The translations under genes were made by a program, and so were the position numbers. The notes beneath the pieces are model-generated. The model was not told the origin of the DNA, ran no database searches, and worked only from the letters and a program-made list of their open reading frames with translations. This document shows positions 11,135 to 20,518 of a DNA stretch of 64,000 bases, piece by piece (the first letter of the stretch is position 1; each line of letters begins with the position of its first letter). The stretch lies in IMG/VR virus record IMGVR_UViG_3300020122_000238, positions 124,001-188,000 of that record. One strand, given 5' to 3'.

Positions 11135-11503
11135 ATGAAAAAGTATCTCTATCTCGTTCTCCCTCTGGCCCTCATGAGCTGTCAGATGTCAGCGAAGGAT
11201 GCAGCCACCTTGGCTGCAAACGAAACCCGAGACATCGCCGCGACCGAGCACAAGATCATCCTCGACTACTGCGTTCCTCGCTACAAGGCCGCGTCGACTC
11301 CGACGGAAATCAAGGAGGTCGACAAGCTGTGTTTGCCGGCTGAGGCCGCCTATGTGTCCACCAAGGCGGCTTGGGGCCAGGTGCTCACCCTTCTCAACGC
11401 TGCGAAGAGTGGGACGGTGTCGATCCAGGAACTCAACGATGCAGCGCGAGGGTTGGGTGAGACCCTCGCGAAGCTTCAGCATATCTCGGGGGAAATGCAA
11501 TGA
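11135..11503 (+). CDS. Lipoprotein
   Basis: MKK + hydrophobic stretch + LMSC lipobox. Confidence 0.6.
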   Translation: MKKYLYLVLPLALMSCQMSAKDAATLAANETRDIAATEHKIILDYCVPRYKAASTPTEIKEVDKLCLPAEAAYVSTKAAWGQVLTLLNAAKSGTVSIQELNDAARGLGETLAKLQHISGEMQ

Positions 11504-11679
11504 GCGTTCAGGAAGTTCTCGTTCTTCTTCAGTTTCTCGATGACCTCTTCGAGCTGGGGGGCAAGATGGTCGCTGTGGCTCAAGGGAAGCATCCCGAGCT
11601 TGTGACGACTCCTCTCCCGGATCTCGCGGAGATGGACAAGGCACGAGAAGCCGCCATCAAGCGTACATCGGACACCTGA
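11500..11679 (+). CDS. Small hypothetical protein (59 aa, MSVQEVLVLL...)
   Basis: Below the ORF-track cutoff; ATGA and TGATG overlaps with both neighbours. Confidence 0.55.
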   Translation: MSVQEVLVLLQFLDDLFELGGKMVAVAQGKHPELVTTPLPDLAEMDKAREAAIKRTSDT

Positions 11680-12644
11680 TGAGCAACGAGGGCTCACACC
11701 AAGCGGACTTGAATCCGCCTCTCGGGAAGCCTGGAGGGCCCTCATCAGTCGTGCAGCGCATCCTTCAGCGGGTGCAAAACCCCCATCTTCAGCACGACCT
11801 CGTGGACGAAGTTCAGCAGGGAGAGGACCTCTCGAATGCTGAGGCCTCGAAGGTCTACCACCTGGACATCGAGCCCGGGATTGGTCTGATCAAGAGGATC
11901 CAGATCACAGCTCATGCCCAGTACCGGATGGATCTCCGGGGGGTAACTGTCGAGGCTGTTCAGGATGTTCTCAAGCACTTCGTGACACAGCTCAACAACT
12001 GGAAAGTGTTGAAGAGCCCTGCCTACGAGCGGATGCTCTCGACGCTCGGCTCAGGGGACAAGATCGAATGGGCGAACCCGAAAACGGGGCTCAGGATCGT
12101 GTTCTCCACGATTGGGCCGGGGACGGTGAATCTCATCACCACCTTCAACAAGTGGCACAACAGCTCGACGCCTGATCCTTCTATCGGGGCACCCACAAGA
12201 GGCGATATGTACTCTGATCTCGTTCATCGGGTTGCGGATCGATTCCAGGATGACGCTGTGATCACGGCGGCCGATGACGGAGGGGTGTGGCTCCCGGACA
12301 TGCTCGGCTCGAAGGAGAACCTCGTGAAAGAGATCCTCCTCGCCGCGAAAAAGATGGCAACCGCCGACACCTTCAAGAAGGGGACATCAAGAGCATCTGC
12401 GGCGGGGTCTTGTATTTCCTCATGGAGGAAAAGGCTGGGAAGGCCGTCGCGGACAAGCTCTGGAATCTCCTCGATGCCTCCGCTGGGCTTGATGTTGGGG
12501 CTGCGGTCAACAAGCTCGTCTGGCGAATCACGCCTCACCTGGACCATGGGGACAAGGGGAAAGTCCAGGCGGCAGCCGTTGGGATCTCGCTTCTCCAGCG
12601 CTCCAAGCAGCCGACCAAGGCTCAGCGAGCCAACGCCATTTTGA
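11679..12644 (+). CDS. DUF4258/RelE-like domain protein; the part after ~12380 is probably out of frame
   Basis: ITAHAQYRMDLRGV ... LRIVF ... LITTF pattern; in-frame internal start at 12207. Confidence 0.4.
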   Translation: MSNEGSHQADLNPPLGKPGGPSSVVQRILQRVQNPHLQHDLVDEVQQGEDLSNAEASKVYHLDIEPGIGLIKRIQITAHAQYRMDLRGVTVEAVQDVLKHFVTQLNNWKVLKSPAYERMLSTLGSGDKIEWANPKTGLRIVFSTIGPGTVNLITTFNKWHNSSTPDPSIGAPTRGDMYSDLVHRVADRFQDDAVITAADDGGVWLPDMLGSKENLVKEILLAAKKMATADTFKKGTSRASAAGSCISSWRKRLGRPSRTSSGISSMPPLGLMLGLRSTSSSGESRLTWTMGTRGKSRRQPLGSRFSSAPSSRPRLSEPTPF

Positions 12645-13078
12645 GGGACGCTATCAAGTCCTCGATCGACATGGCCGGGCCTCCTGAAGAGAAGGGGAAG
12701 ACCCCGACGGCGAAGGACACCTTCCTCCAGATGGTGAAGGACCAGATCCCCTTCGCGCAGACCCTCTACGGCGAGATCAAAGATCCCGGGATTGCCGCGC
12801 TGGTTGTCTCGTATGCTCTCGACAACGCGAACTTCGGAGAGGCAGCCTACTTCGCCGAGTCGACCCTCAAGTCGATCGCCACCAAAAACCCTCCCGACGA
12901 TGTCGTTCAAGACTTTGGGGGGCAGGTCTCGGACGAGATCAATTTCTCTGTCTACGAGACGGCCGCTTTTGGTGTGGCTCTGATGCAAGAAGCCGGTCAA
13001 GCGTCCGCAGCGCGAACCCTTTTCACCGGCTTCCTTCGCATCATCGGACCCGCCATCGGCCCTAGAAGCTTGTTCTAA
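12207..13078 (+). CDS. RVxxRF-tagged helical protein with a -1 frameshift near 12380
   Basis: MYSDLVHRVADRF start; protein-like sequence continues in the 12287..13078 frame after AAGAAGGGGAC. Confidence 0.5.
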
Positions 13079-13165
13079 AGAGCCCGGCACTCCTCGACGT
13101 ACTGGAGAAGTTGGGGGCTTGTATTCGGAACAGTCTCCCACACATCTGGGGCATCTGACGATGCT

Positions 13166-13204
13166 CATGGGGGTCCTACAGAGCGGACCCCCATGAGCTC
13201 AACC
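13166..13204 (-). promoter_or_regulatory. Class B promoter-like element (GGTTGAGC variant) overlapping a 14-bp hairpin
   Basis: GGTTGAGC-N16-TGTA-GGACCCCC-ATG; inverted repeat 13163-13176/13185-13198. Confidence 0.55.
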
Positions 13205-13710
13205 TAGAAGAGCGAAAGCTGCTCGGCGATCTTCTCGACGGGCTTCGTCTCCCAGACGATCTTCCCGTCGATCTTCCGGCCGATCTTGGCCCCGTTCTTC
13301 CTCCAGTAGTCAACGAACCTCTCGATCCCGACCTTATCGAGGCCAGTCCAGGAAGGCCGCACCATCTTCATGGCAGCCAGCCCTGCATACATGCCTTCGA
13401 GGCCCATGGCCATGGGCCCAAAGATGTCAGGGCAGGCATAGACCGAGTCCTTCGGGATCCGCGTGTCGAGCATGGGGGCAGCGAAGACGGCCCGCACGAT
13501 GTTGTCGTTGTCGAGGTTGTCGATGATGTAGACGTCGTCGACAACGTTCCCCAGCTCCCTCTCGAAGTCGTCGTGGGGGATGGAGACCGTGCTCTGGCCG
13601 TACCCCTCTTGAGGGCCGGGATAGCCCGTCAAGCCGCTCAGACCTCGCGTGAGGACAAGGTAGCGATCGTCGCGGGGGGCTTTGGGCGGCGTCTTCTTCT
13701 TGGTAGCCAT
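13204..13710 (-). CDS. Hypothetical protein ending in a beta-clamp-binding motif
   Basis: 168 aa, C-terminus EQLSLF; directly follows a class B element. Confidence 0.65.
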   Translation of the reverse strand: MATKKKTPPKAPRDDRYLVLTRGLSGLTGYPGPQEGYGQSTVSIPHDDFERELGNVVDDVYIIDNLDNDNIVRAVFAAPMLDTRIPKDSVYACPDIFGPMAMGLEGMYAGLAAMKMVRPSWTGLDKVGIERFVDYWRKNGAKIGRKIDGKIVWETKPVEKIAEQLSLF

Positions 13711-13746
13711 GGGGGTCCTACAAGACGAAAGGAGGCGGGATCAACC
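13708..13746 (-). promoter_or_regulatory. Class B promoter-like element
   Basis: GGTTGATC-N16-TGTA-GGACCCCC-ATG. Confidence 0.7.
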
Positions 13747-13749
13747 CCT

Positions 13750-14133
13750 TCAGTGAATGACGGCAGAAACCTCGTGCTCGACCTGGAAGCGAGCACGGAC
13801 CTTCGCGATCGTGACCCGGAGGCCAGCGTCCGCAATCGGGATCAGCTCGTCCCCCACCTGGCGGAAGCGGGTAGGGACACAGGTCACTTTCCAGCCGGGG
13901 CCCACCACGGATTCGAGCCCGAGGCCTTCGAGGACCGAGAGGACGAAGCTTCGAGCATGGATCTCGGCCGCACAGGGGGTTGCCCCACGACGTTCCTTGC
14001 GCTCTCGGGCCAGCTTGACCAGAGGAGCGCACAGCTCTTCCAGGACAGCCTGAGAGACCTTTTTGGTCGGAGACCATAGCGGAACCGCTTCCGGCCACTC
14101 CGCGTCGATGACCTCGGTGTCGATGCTTTTCAT
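13750..14133 (-). CDS. Hypothetical protein (MKSIDTEV...)
   Basis: Start chosen at the ATG after the class B element. Confidence 0.55.
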   Translation of the reverse strand: MKSIDTEVIDAEWPEAVPLWSPTKKVSQAVLEELCAPLVKLARERKERRGATPCAAEIHARSFVLSVLEGLGLESVVGPGWKVTCVPTRFRQVGDELIPIADAGLRVTIAKVRARFQVEHEVSAVIH

Positions 14134-14170
14134 ATTTTGCTCTACAGCAGTGGGGCCCCCCCGATCAACC
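14131..14170 (-). promoter_or_regulatory. Class B promoter-like element
   Basis: GGTTGATC-N16-TGTA-N9-ATG. Confidence 0.7.
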
Positions 14171-14197
14171 GCTCTCTGAATTTCTACACCGCTCTCT

Positions 14198-14203
14198 GGT
14201 GTA
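14198..14203 (+). promoter_or_regulatory. Class A element GGTGTA
   Basis: 12 nt before ATG 14216; an inverted copy (TACACC) lies at 14185-14190. Confidence 0.6.
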
Positions 14204-14215
14204 GACAGGACTTCA

Positions 14216-15973
14216 ATGACCGCCCTATCCCCGCAAGACACGACGGCTTACGAAACGCTGAAGAAGGTTCGAGCGTCTACAACTGTTGCGTTGAAGCCCA
14301 CCCCCATGCTCAAGGCGAGCATCGTCGGCCTTGACGGACAAGCTCAGGATTTTCGCCTACGGTATTACCAGGTTCAGGGGGTCTTCCACCTTCTGACTAT
14401 GACCAGGATGATTTTGGGGGATGGGACGGGGCTCGGAAAAACGATCCAGGTGATCGCCGCTCTTTGCTATCTGCGTCCCCGGGAGCCCAACAACCGGGTC
14501 ATCATCGTCACCCCCAAGAGCGTTCTACGTCAGTGGGGAGAAGAGATCGAACGCTTCACGACGGGGGTCAAGTGCTACGTCGTGAGTGGGTCTCTTGAAG
14601 AACGCAAAGCGGTCTACGAGAAGTGGGCCAAAGCGCCTGTGGGGGATGACGCCCCCCTCTCCGTGCTCATCGTCAACTACGCGATCATCGTTCGAGACTG
14701 GGATCAGGGTAGCCAGTCTATTCCCGGGAAGACTCCCAAGGAGAAGCCGACCGTGCTGCCCGGCTACCTGGACGGGATCACTCGGGGAATGGACCTGGTC
14801 GTCATCTACGATGAGGCGACGGCATTCAAGAACCATTCAACCAAGACGTGGCAGACGTGCCGCTATCTCTCGGATCGAGCGAAGAGGTGCTACGGGCTCA
14901 CGGCGACGCTTCTCAAGAACAACTTGATGGAGGGCTTCTCGATCTTCAAGGTGATCGTCCCTCGCCTCTTTGCGACGAAGACTGCCTTCCTGGCAGCCTT
15001 CTGCATCGTCGAGCAAAAGAGGGTGGCGGGGAACCGGAAGATCCCCATGGTCGTGGGGTACAAGAACCTGGAAGCGTTCCGGGAGAGGATTGACCCCTAC
15101 TTCCTCGGGCGTCCGAAGCACGCGGTGTCTGCGGAGCTACCTGTGCTCACCACGAAGCAGATCATCGTGGAACTGTCGGCCGCCGAGGACCAGAAGTACC
15201 AGGAAGCCCTCTCGGGGGTCCTCGAAATGGGGGACGGGTCCACCAAGGACTACGAGGAGCACAAGGCCTTCGTCTCGCTCTGCTACTGCCAACAGGTCGT
15301 CGACTCGCTCACCTTGCTCAAGTACAAGGCGGGGGACGAGCTGCTCCCCGGCGGGTATGAGCGGCTCGATGCGGAGATCGCCAGCCACACGATCGCGAAG
15401 CTCGGGAGCAAGGAGCAGGCGTTCCAGGACCTCATTCTGGACGAGCTGGATGGTGAGAAGGTCATCGTCTACACCCGCTTCGAGTCTCTTGTGGGGCGCC
15501 TACAGGCCATCCTCAAGGAGAAGGGGATCAGGAGCGGGCGCATCACGGGGAAGGACTCGGATTCGGCTCGCCGAGCCCATCAGAAAGAATTCCAGAACCT
15601 CGATTCAGACATGAAGGTCATCTTCATCACGGACGCCGGAAGCGAGGCCATCAACCTCCAGGCGGCCAGCGCCCTCGTCTTCTACGATGCCCCCTGGAGC
15701 TGGGGCAACTACGTGCAGACCCTTGGGAGGCCGATTCGCATCGGGAGCCCTCACCCCAACGTGTGTGCTTACCACATCGTGGCTGTTCGTCCCAAGGCGG
15801 CGGGGAAGAACAAAAAGACGATCGACCATCACATCCTGACCCTCCTCACGAGTAAGAAGAACCTCGTCGACAAGGTTCTCGGAGAGGCCGCCGTTGGGGC
15901 TCTCGACTTCAAGAAGGATGGCGTTGGGGCTGGGACGAAGGAGCTGCTCAAGCAAATGCGTTCCGGCGAATGA
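14216..15973 (+). CDS. SNF2-family (SF2) helicase/ATPase
   Basis: LGDGTGLGKT Walker A, YDEA Walker B, LTAT motif III, AINLQ, QTLGRPIRIG motif VI. Confidence 0.9.
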   Translation: MTALSPQDTTAYETLKKVRASTTVALKPTPMLKASIVGLDGQAQDFRLRYYQVQGVFHLLTMTRMILGDGTGLGKTIQVIAALCYLRPREPNNRVIIVTPKSVLRQWGEEIERFTTGVKCYVVSGSLEERKAVYEKWAKAPVGDDAPLSVLIVNYAIIVRDWDQGSQSIPGKTPKEKPTVLPGYLDGITRGMDLVVIYDEATAFKNHSTKTWQTCRYLSDRAKRCYGLTATLLKNNLMEGFSIFKVIVPRLFATKTAFLAAFCIVEQKRVAGNRKIPMVVGYKNLEAFRERIDPYFLGRPKHAVSAELPVLTTKQIIVELSAAEDQKYQEALSGVLEMGDGSTKDYEEHKAFVSLCYCQQVVDSLTLLKYKAGDELLPGGYERLDAEIASHTIAKLGSKEQAFQDLILDELDGEKVIVYTRFESLVGRLQAILKEKGIRSGRITGKDSDSARRAHQKEFQNLDSDMKVIFITDAGSEAINLQAASALVFYDAPWSWGNYVQTLGRPIRIGSPHPNVCAYHIVAVRPKAAGKNKKTIDHHILTLLTSKKNLVDKVLGEAAVGALDFKKDGVGAGTKELLKQMRSGE

Positions 15974-15974
15974 C

Positions 15975-15980
15975 GGTGTA
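15975..15980 (+). promoter_or_regulatory. Class A element GGTGTA
   Basis: 11 nt before ATG 15992. Confidence 0.6.
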
Positions 15981-15991
15981 GGGGTAGGAAC

Positions 15992-16627
15992 ATGGTTCCC
16001 TCCAACATCGCGGACAACTTTCGTGCCGACCCTCAACTTTTTATCATGACCCGTTGGACTCAGATAAATCGGTCCAACCAAACATCAATGCACCCTTTAG
16101 TTGAAATCGATGTGGTTGAAATAGTCCACACCAAGGATGGGTCTTCACTATGTGTTGGTGTGGGCAGTAGCGGGCCTCTTCGATCATTTTGGGTGTTGAA
16201 TACGGAGCTTCTATCCGATACCTCCGCATTCAACTACATCGGAACAGCCTCAGAACTCGCGTTCATACAACTTCACACCTGGTTGTACCGTCTCGAATTG
16301 CTGTGGCCTACCCAAAGGAGAATCGGGCAGATCCGAAGCATTGAGGGTAATCTCGTCCGACTGGCCGATACGATCCCCCCCACGGATGCCTCCTATTTCT
16401 ATGAGGCCTATGATGCTATTCTAAGGACCTTCAGAGTAGCCTCGTCGGAAGAAGTCATTGAGGCTTCTCGGCCACCCTCAGAAACTGAGCAGATACAATT
16501 GACCGTGATTGAGGAGGGGATTGGCCCTCTTCCACCTAATCCTATCCCGAATGTTATCGAAGAACTCCCCAGGACCTATGGTCGCCTGACGTCGTGGGAC
16601 ATCCTGGACTTCGAGTCGGACATCTAG
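15992..16627 (+). CDS. Hypothetical protein with TSWDIL-acidic tail
   Basis: 211 aa ORF after a class A element. Confidence 0.6.
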   Translation: MVPSNIADNFRADPQLFIMTRWTQINRSNQTSMHPLVEIDVVEIVHTKDGSSLCVGVGSSGPLRSFWVLNTELLSDTSAFNYIGTASELAFIQLHTWLYRLELLWPTQRRIGQIRSIEGNLVRLADTIPPTDASYFYEAYDAILRTFRVASSEEVIEASRPPSETEQIQLTVIEEGIGPLPPNPIPNVIEELPRTYGRLTSWDILDFESDI

Positions 16628-16628
16628 C

Positions 16629-16634
16629 GGTGTA
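16629..16634 (+). promoter_or_regulatory. Class A element GGTGTA
   Basis: 12 nt before ATG 16647. Confidence 0.6.
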
Positions 16635-16646
16635 GGGACGAAGCGA

Positions 16647-17540
16647 ATGCCTGACGAGAAAAAGGTCTGCTCCAAATGTGGGGGTACGGGGCGAATCGAG
16701 GTGGACGACCTTACGGTCCGCCAGTGCATCTGCGCGTTTGCCCGAGCAATGAAGGAACACCTCGGGGCAGAGATCGCTCTAGCCCCGTCCATCACGTCGA
16801 GCCCGCTGTTCGAGATGGGCGGCGTGGACAAGGACCCCAAGACCGATCTAACGAGCAAGAACCTCTTCCTCAAAGGGGCCTGGGAAGACCTTCTCCCTCA
16901 TCTGAAATGTGCTCTTGTCGGGAAAGGTCTTTTTTTCTCCTTCAAGGTCTTGACCGACGAGCGGCTCAAGATCGTTTACGTTGGGGATGAGAGCTACAAG
17001 GCTCGCTCCAAGAGCAAGCGAGATGAGTCTCCTACCTTCAACTCGCTGACGGACATCTTGGGCCCGGATGTCGACCTTGTGATCCTACGTATCGGTAAAT
17101 TGGGGTACCCCAATAAAGCCATGCCCGGGATTCTCAAGGAAGCTCTCATGCTTCGTGAAGCTGCCTCGAAAGCTACTTGGATCAACGAGACGCCAGATAG
17201 CTTTTTCGGTCCCGGTCACTTCTCCTACGATGAGAACGTGGCTGAGTACATCGAAAAGAGATTCGCGATCATGGACCTGACGAACAAGAATCGTACGAAG
17301 GAAGCTCCCCAGGGGTGCTACATTCCTTCCGAGCCTGTCGACGTGGATATGAACTCTCCGCCGCAAGCACAGATCGTCACGGAAAAGGCATGGGAATCAG
17401 CTCCGAAGCCTCGGTTCGAGAGCCGTCCTTCGAGTGCCAACTCGGATGGGGCGTTGGGGGATGGCGGCGGAGGGTACAAGCCGAAGTACAAGCCGAAGAA
17501 GTACGGTGACAACGGTGGAGGAGGGGGTCCGCTCGGATGA
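16647..17540 (+). CDS. Zn-finger protein, possible degenerate DnaC-like helicase loader
   Basis: N-terminal CSKCGGTG...CIC; directly upstream of and coupled to the helicase; no intact Walker A seen. Confidence 0.45.
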   Translation: MPDEKKVCSKCGGTGRIEVDDLTVRQCICAFARAMKEHLGAEIALAPSITSSPLFEMGGVDKDPKTDLTSKNLFLKGAWEDLLPHLKCALVGKGLFFSFKVLTDERLKIVYVGDESYKARSKSKRDESPTFNSLTDILGPDVDLVILRIGKLGYPNKAMPGILKEALMLREAASKATWINETPDSFFGPGHFSYDENVAEYIEKRFAIMDLTNKNRTKEAPQGCYIPSEPVDVDMNSPPQAQIVTEKAWESAPKPRFESRPSSANSDGALGDGGGGYKPKYKPKKYGDNGGGGGPLG

Positions 17541-19000
17541 AGCGCCTACTTCGATCCATCATCGACTTCGATGGGCAGACACCTCAAGAGCACCTGACGC
17601 AGAATCTCCAGCGGCTCATTGCTGCTCAAATTGCCTGGAATCGTCCCGACGACGAGAAAATCTTCGAGTACGTCAAGTCGTACTTTCAACAGCGGTTGGA
17701 GATCCCCGCTTCCCAGACGATCAAGGACTATTTCGTCCGCATGGACGACGTCGAGATCCAGGAGCGCATTCCGGATATCGAGGCTTCGCCGACATACGTC
17801 CGAACCAACTTCGCGGCCTTGCTCCAAACGATCCTGGAGCAACAGAACACGAACAAGACGATCGCTCTCCTCAAAGAGACGCACGAGATCGTCACCCGCG
17901 GTTTGGAGATCGTCGAGGGACGCGAGAAGATTCGGAAGCAAGGAGTTCGAGATGCCCTCGTGCATTTCACCTCGAAGTCTCACGACCTGATCATCCCGGA
18001 GTACAACGCGAGGACCTCGGGCGACATCCGGAAGGATGGTCAAGCCATCCTCGATCAGTACCAGGATGCCAAGGTCAACAAGGAGAAGACCTGGGGGAAG
18101 TTTTGCGGGCTCAACGAGATCGATAAGAATACCCACGGAATCAAGCGTGGGGAGCTGTGGGTTCACGCGGCCTTCCCCGGCGAGCTGAAGACCACGTTCT
18201 CGCTCAATTGGTGTTACAACCTCGTCACCCGATATCGGACGAACATCGTCTACTGGTCGCTGGAAATGCCCTACGAGCAGATCCGCCTCCAGTTTTACGT
18301 GCTCCACTCGGCCAACATGAAGTGGCGAGCCATGGGGTACATGCCTCTCGATTACCGGAAGGTCCGGGATGGGGAGCTAACCCCCGCGGAGGAACTCTTC
18401 TACGAGAAGGTTGTTGACGACTTCGCCAACAACCCGGACTACTGCCACTGCGAGATCATCTCCCCTGACCGGGAGGTGACCATGGATGACATTCGCCTGG
18501 AGTGCGAGCTTCTCCACAAGCAGATGGAAGTGGGGCTGATCGTCATCGACCACGGACAAGAGGTCGAGGCTCGCAAGACCAAGAGGTCGAAGGATTACGG
18601 CGTCGAGCTGAACTCTGTCGTTCGGGATGCGAAGCGATTAGCTTTGCACTTCAACCACGGGGAGCGTATCGCCGTCCTCATGCTCTTCCAGATCAACCGG
18701 CAAGGCAAGGACGAGGCGTCCAAGAACGAGGGCAAGTACAAAATGAGCGCCGTGGCCTACGCCAACCAGGTCGAGAAGTCGTCGGACGTGCTGACGACAA
18801 CCTACCTGGATGAGAACCACCGGGCTAACGGCACCACCCTGTTCTGCAACCTCAAGAACCGGGACAACCCGATCTTCGAGCCCTTCTTGGCGTCGGTCCA
18901 CTTCAGCTCGAAGCGGATCTACAACATGGACATGTACCAGGGCAAGGGGATGAGCGTCGAGGAGCACAAGCAGGTGCTCGACGAGATGTTCAACGTGTAA
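17537..19000 (+). CDS. dnaB: DnaB-like replicative helicase
   Basis: GIKRGEL..AAFPGELKT, SLEM, IVIDH, QINR and KNRD motifs. Confidence 0.85.
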   Translation: MKRLLRSIIDFDGQTPQEHLTQNLQRLIAAQIAWNRPDDEKIFEYVKSYFQQRLEIPASQTIKDYFVRMDDVEIQERIPDIEASPTYVRTNFAALLQTILEQQNTNKTIALLKETHEIVTRGLEIVEGREKIRKQGVRDALVHFTSKSHDLIIPEYNARTSGDIRKDGQAILDQYQDAKVNKEKTWGKFCGLNEIDKNTHGIKRGELWVHAAFPGELKTTFSLNWCYNLVTRYRTNIVYWSLEMPYEQIRLQFYVLHSANMKWRAMGYMPLDYRKVRDGELTPAEELFYEKVVDDFANNPDYCHCEIISPDREVTMDDIRLECELLHKQMEVGLIVIDHGQEVEARKTKRSKDYGVELNSVVRDAKRLALHFNHGERIAVLMLFQINRQGKDEASKNEGKYKMSAVAYANQVEKSSDVLTTTYLDENHRANGTTLFCNLKNRDNPIFEPFLASVHFSSKRIYNMDMYQGKGMSVEEHKQVLDEMFNV

Positions 19001-19001
19001 G

Positions 19002-19238
19002 ATGCCCGTACTCGAAAATGAAGAACAGCTTCGGATTCATGCCTTTCTGTCTGTAAGCGCAGTGCAGAGCATCTTCCCAGGGCTGACAGACAAGGAGTAC
19101 GAGGAGTTGGCATTCGTCTTTTTGGAGCTTGAGGCAGAAGACTTGGAGCCCATGACTCTACCTGGGTATGCTCTGTCCTGTACGATCCCTATCCCGAGCC
19201 TCAAGACAGCGTGGGATTACCTGGAGGAGGACCTGTGA
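19002..19238 (+). CDS. Small protein with TAWDYL-acidic tail; paralogue of the next gene
   Basis: QSIFPG...PGY...TAWDYL aligns with QNIFPG...PGY...TSWDHL. Confidence 0.55.
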   Translation: MPVLENEEQLRIHAFLSVSAVQSIFPGLTDKEYEELAFVFLELEAEDLEPMTLPGYALSCTIPIPSLKTAWDYLEEDL

Positions 19239-19492
19239 GCCTTACTGAAGAAGCAGCTCAAATCTGCATTAAAGCCGAGCTGGCTTTTCGTGCCATGCAA
19301 AATATATTCCCAGGTGTGTATGGCTCAAATGCAACCCTGTTGATATGTTCATTTCTCCTTCTTGAAGACACACATTTAAAAGAGATGTGTGTCCCTGGGT
19401 ACCCGTTGTTCACTGAGTTGTGGTGTGTGTCTACAACTAGCTGGGACCATCTTGATGGGAATCTTTTGAAGGATGACAACGATGGCATTTGA
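19235..19492 (+). CDS. Small protein with TSWDHL-acidic tail
   Basis: GTG start overlapping upstream TGA; paralogous to 19002..19238. Confidence 0.55.
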   Translation: MSLTEEAAQICIKAELAFRAMQNIFPGVYGSNATLLICSFLLLEDTHLKEMCVPGYPLFTELWCVSTTSWDHLDGNLLKDDNDGI

Positions 19493-20108
19493 ACCCCAAG
19501 ACCACGAGCGGAAAGAAGTCTTTCGCCGTTGGATCCAGGCTCGCATCGAGGCGATTCACCGCCAGGTGACGGCCTATGACGTGCTCCGCCGGAACGGGGT
19601 GAGCCTTCGGAATGGGGGTGCTCGCGAGGAACAGTTCGCCTGTCCCTTCCACGGGCGAGACAACAAGCCCTCAGTCCGGTATCACCCGGAGTCGAATCGC
19701 GGCCCGTCTCACGCATGGTGCTTCGTGTGCCAGGAACGCTGGGACTGCATCGCCCTCTACAAGAGGTTCGAAGGGTTTGAGGGCAAGTTCACCCAGCTCC
19801 TCGCGATGATCGAGCGGGACAACGGGCTCACCGCGCCTGAAGGCCCCCCGCCAGAGCAGCATGGGGAAGAAGAAGAGGCTCTGGCTCAAGATGCAGAGGT
19901 ACATGGCCTTCTCGGAATCTGTGAACGCCGGCTTCTCGCCGCCAAGGGGCTCTTTGACATGAAGGCCTACCTGGTCCTCGGGACGATCCTCGATCGACTC
20001 TATGGATCTCTTGACGATCGCCGAGTGCTCCCGCTCAAAGCCAAGGAGACCATCCGGCTTGTGCTTGACAAGATCGGACAGAGGGAGCGGGCTTGTCCCG
20101 ACGTCTGA
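19473..20108 (+). CDS. Stand-alone primase-type CHC2 zinc-binding domain protein
   Basis: CPFHGRDNKPS...WCFVC; no TOPRIM domain. Confidence 0.75.
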   Translation: MTTMAFEPQDHERKEVFRRWIQARIEAIHRQVTAYDVLRRNGVSLRNGGAREEQFACPFHGRDNKPSVRYHPESNRGPSHAWCFVCQERWDCIALYKRFEGFEGKFTQLLAMIERDNGLTAPEGPPPEQHGEEEEALAQDAEVHGLLGICERRLLAAKGLFDMKAYLVLGTILDRLYGSLDDRRVLPLKAKETIRLVLDKIGQRERACPDV

Positions 20109-20518
20109 AGCTCCGGACCAACGAGCTGGGCTTCTTGGAGCTGTTTCTCATCTACATCTACGGCGAGGCCTGGGAAGATGAATGGCTCCAGCTTCAAGGC
20201 CAGCCGATCACGGCCAACATCCCACAAATCTCGAAGGCGACGATGGACCATGCCCTTCGAGGTTGGACCCGCCCCTTCATCGACCAGCTAGGCCCAGCGC
20301 CAGCTCTACTTCTACGCAAGCTCCCTGAGACACATTCTCAGTGTGTCCAGCGGAAGCGGTGTAGCCTCTACATCCCCCATTACTGCGTCCCCTCGGCCAA
20401 GAAGATGCCTTGGTGTTTTCAGCCCGAGGGGACGGATGATTTTACGGGGCCTCTCGCGGCGGAAGTCATCCGGCTCTGGCGTGAAGGTGTGTACATCGTG
20501 TTGGTTCAGGAGGCGTGA
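20093..20518 (+). CDS. Hypothetical Cys-rich protein
   Basis: 141 aa filling the gap between the ZBD and polymerase genes. Confidence 0.55.
   Translation: MSRRLKLRTNELGFLELFLIYIYGEAWEDEWLQLQGQPITANIPQISKATMDHALRGWTRPFIDQLGPAPALLLRKLPETHSQCVQRKRCSLYIPHYCVPSAKKMPWCFQPEGTDDFTGPLAAEVIRLWREGVYIVLVQEA

Noticed and set aside
10665-11679. Complete lysis cassette (holin/spanin/endolysin)
   Set aside because: A membrane protein and a lipoprotein are present but no endolysin motif is recognisable; left as tentative
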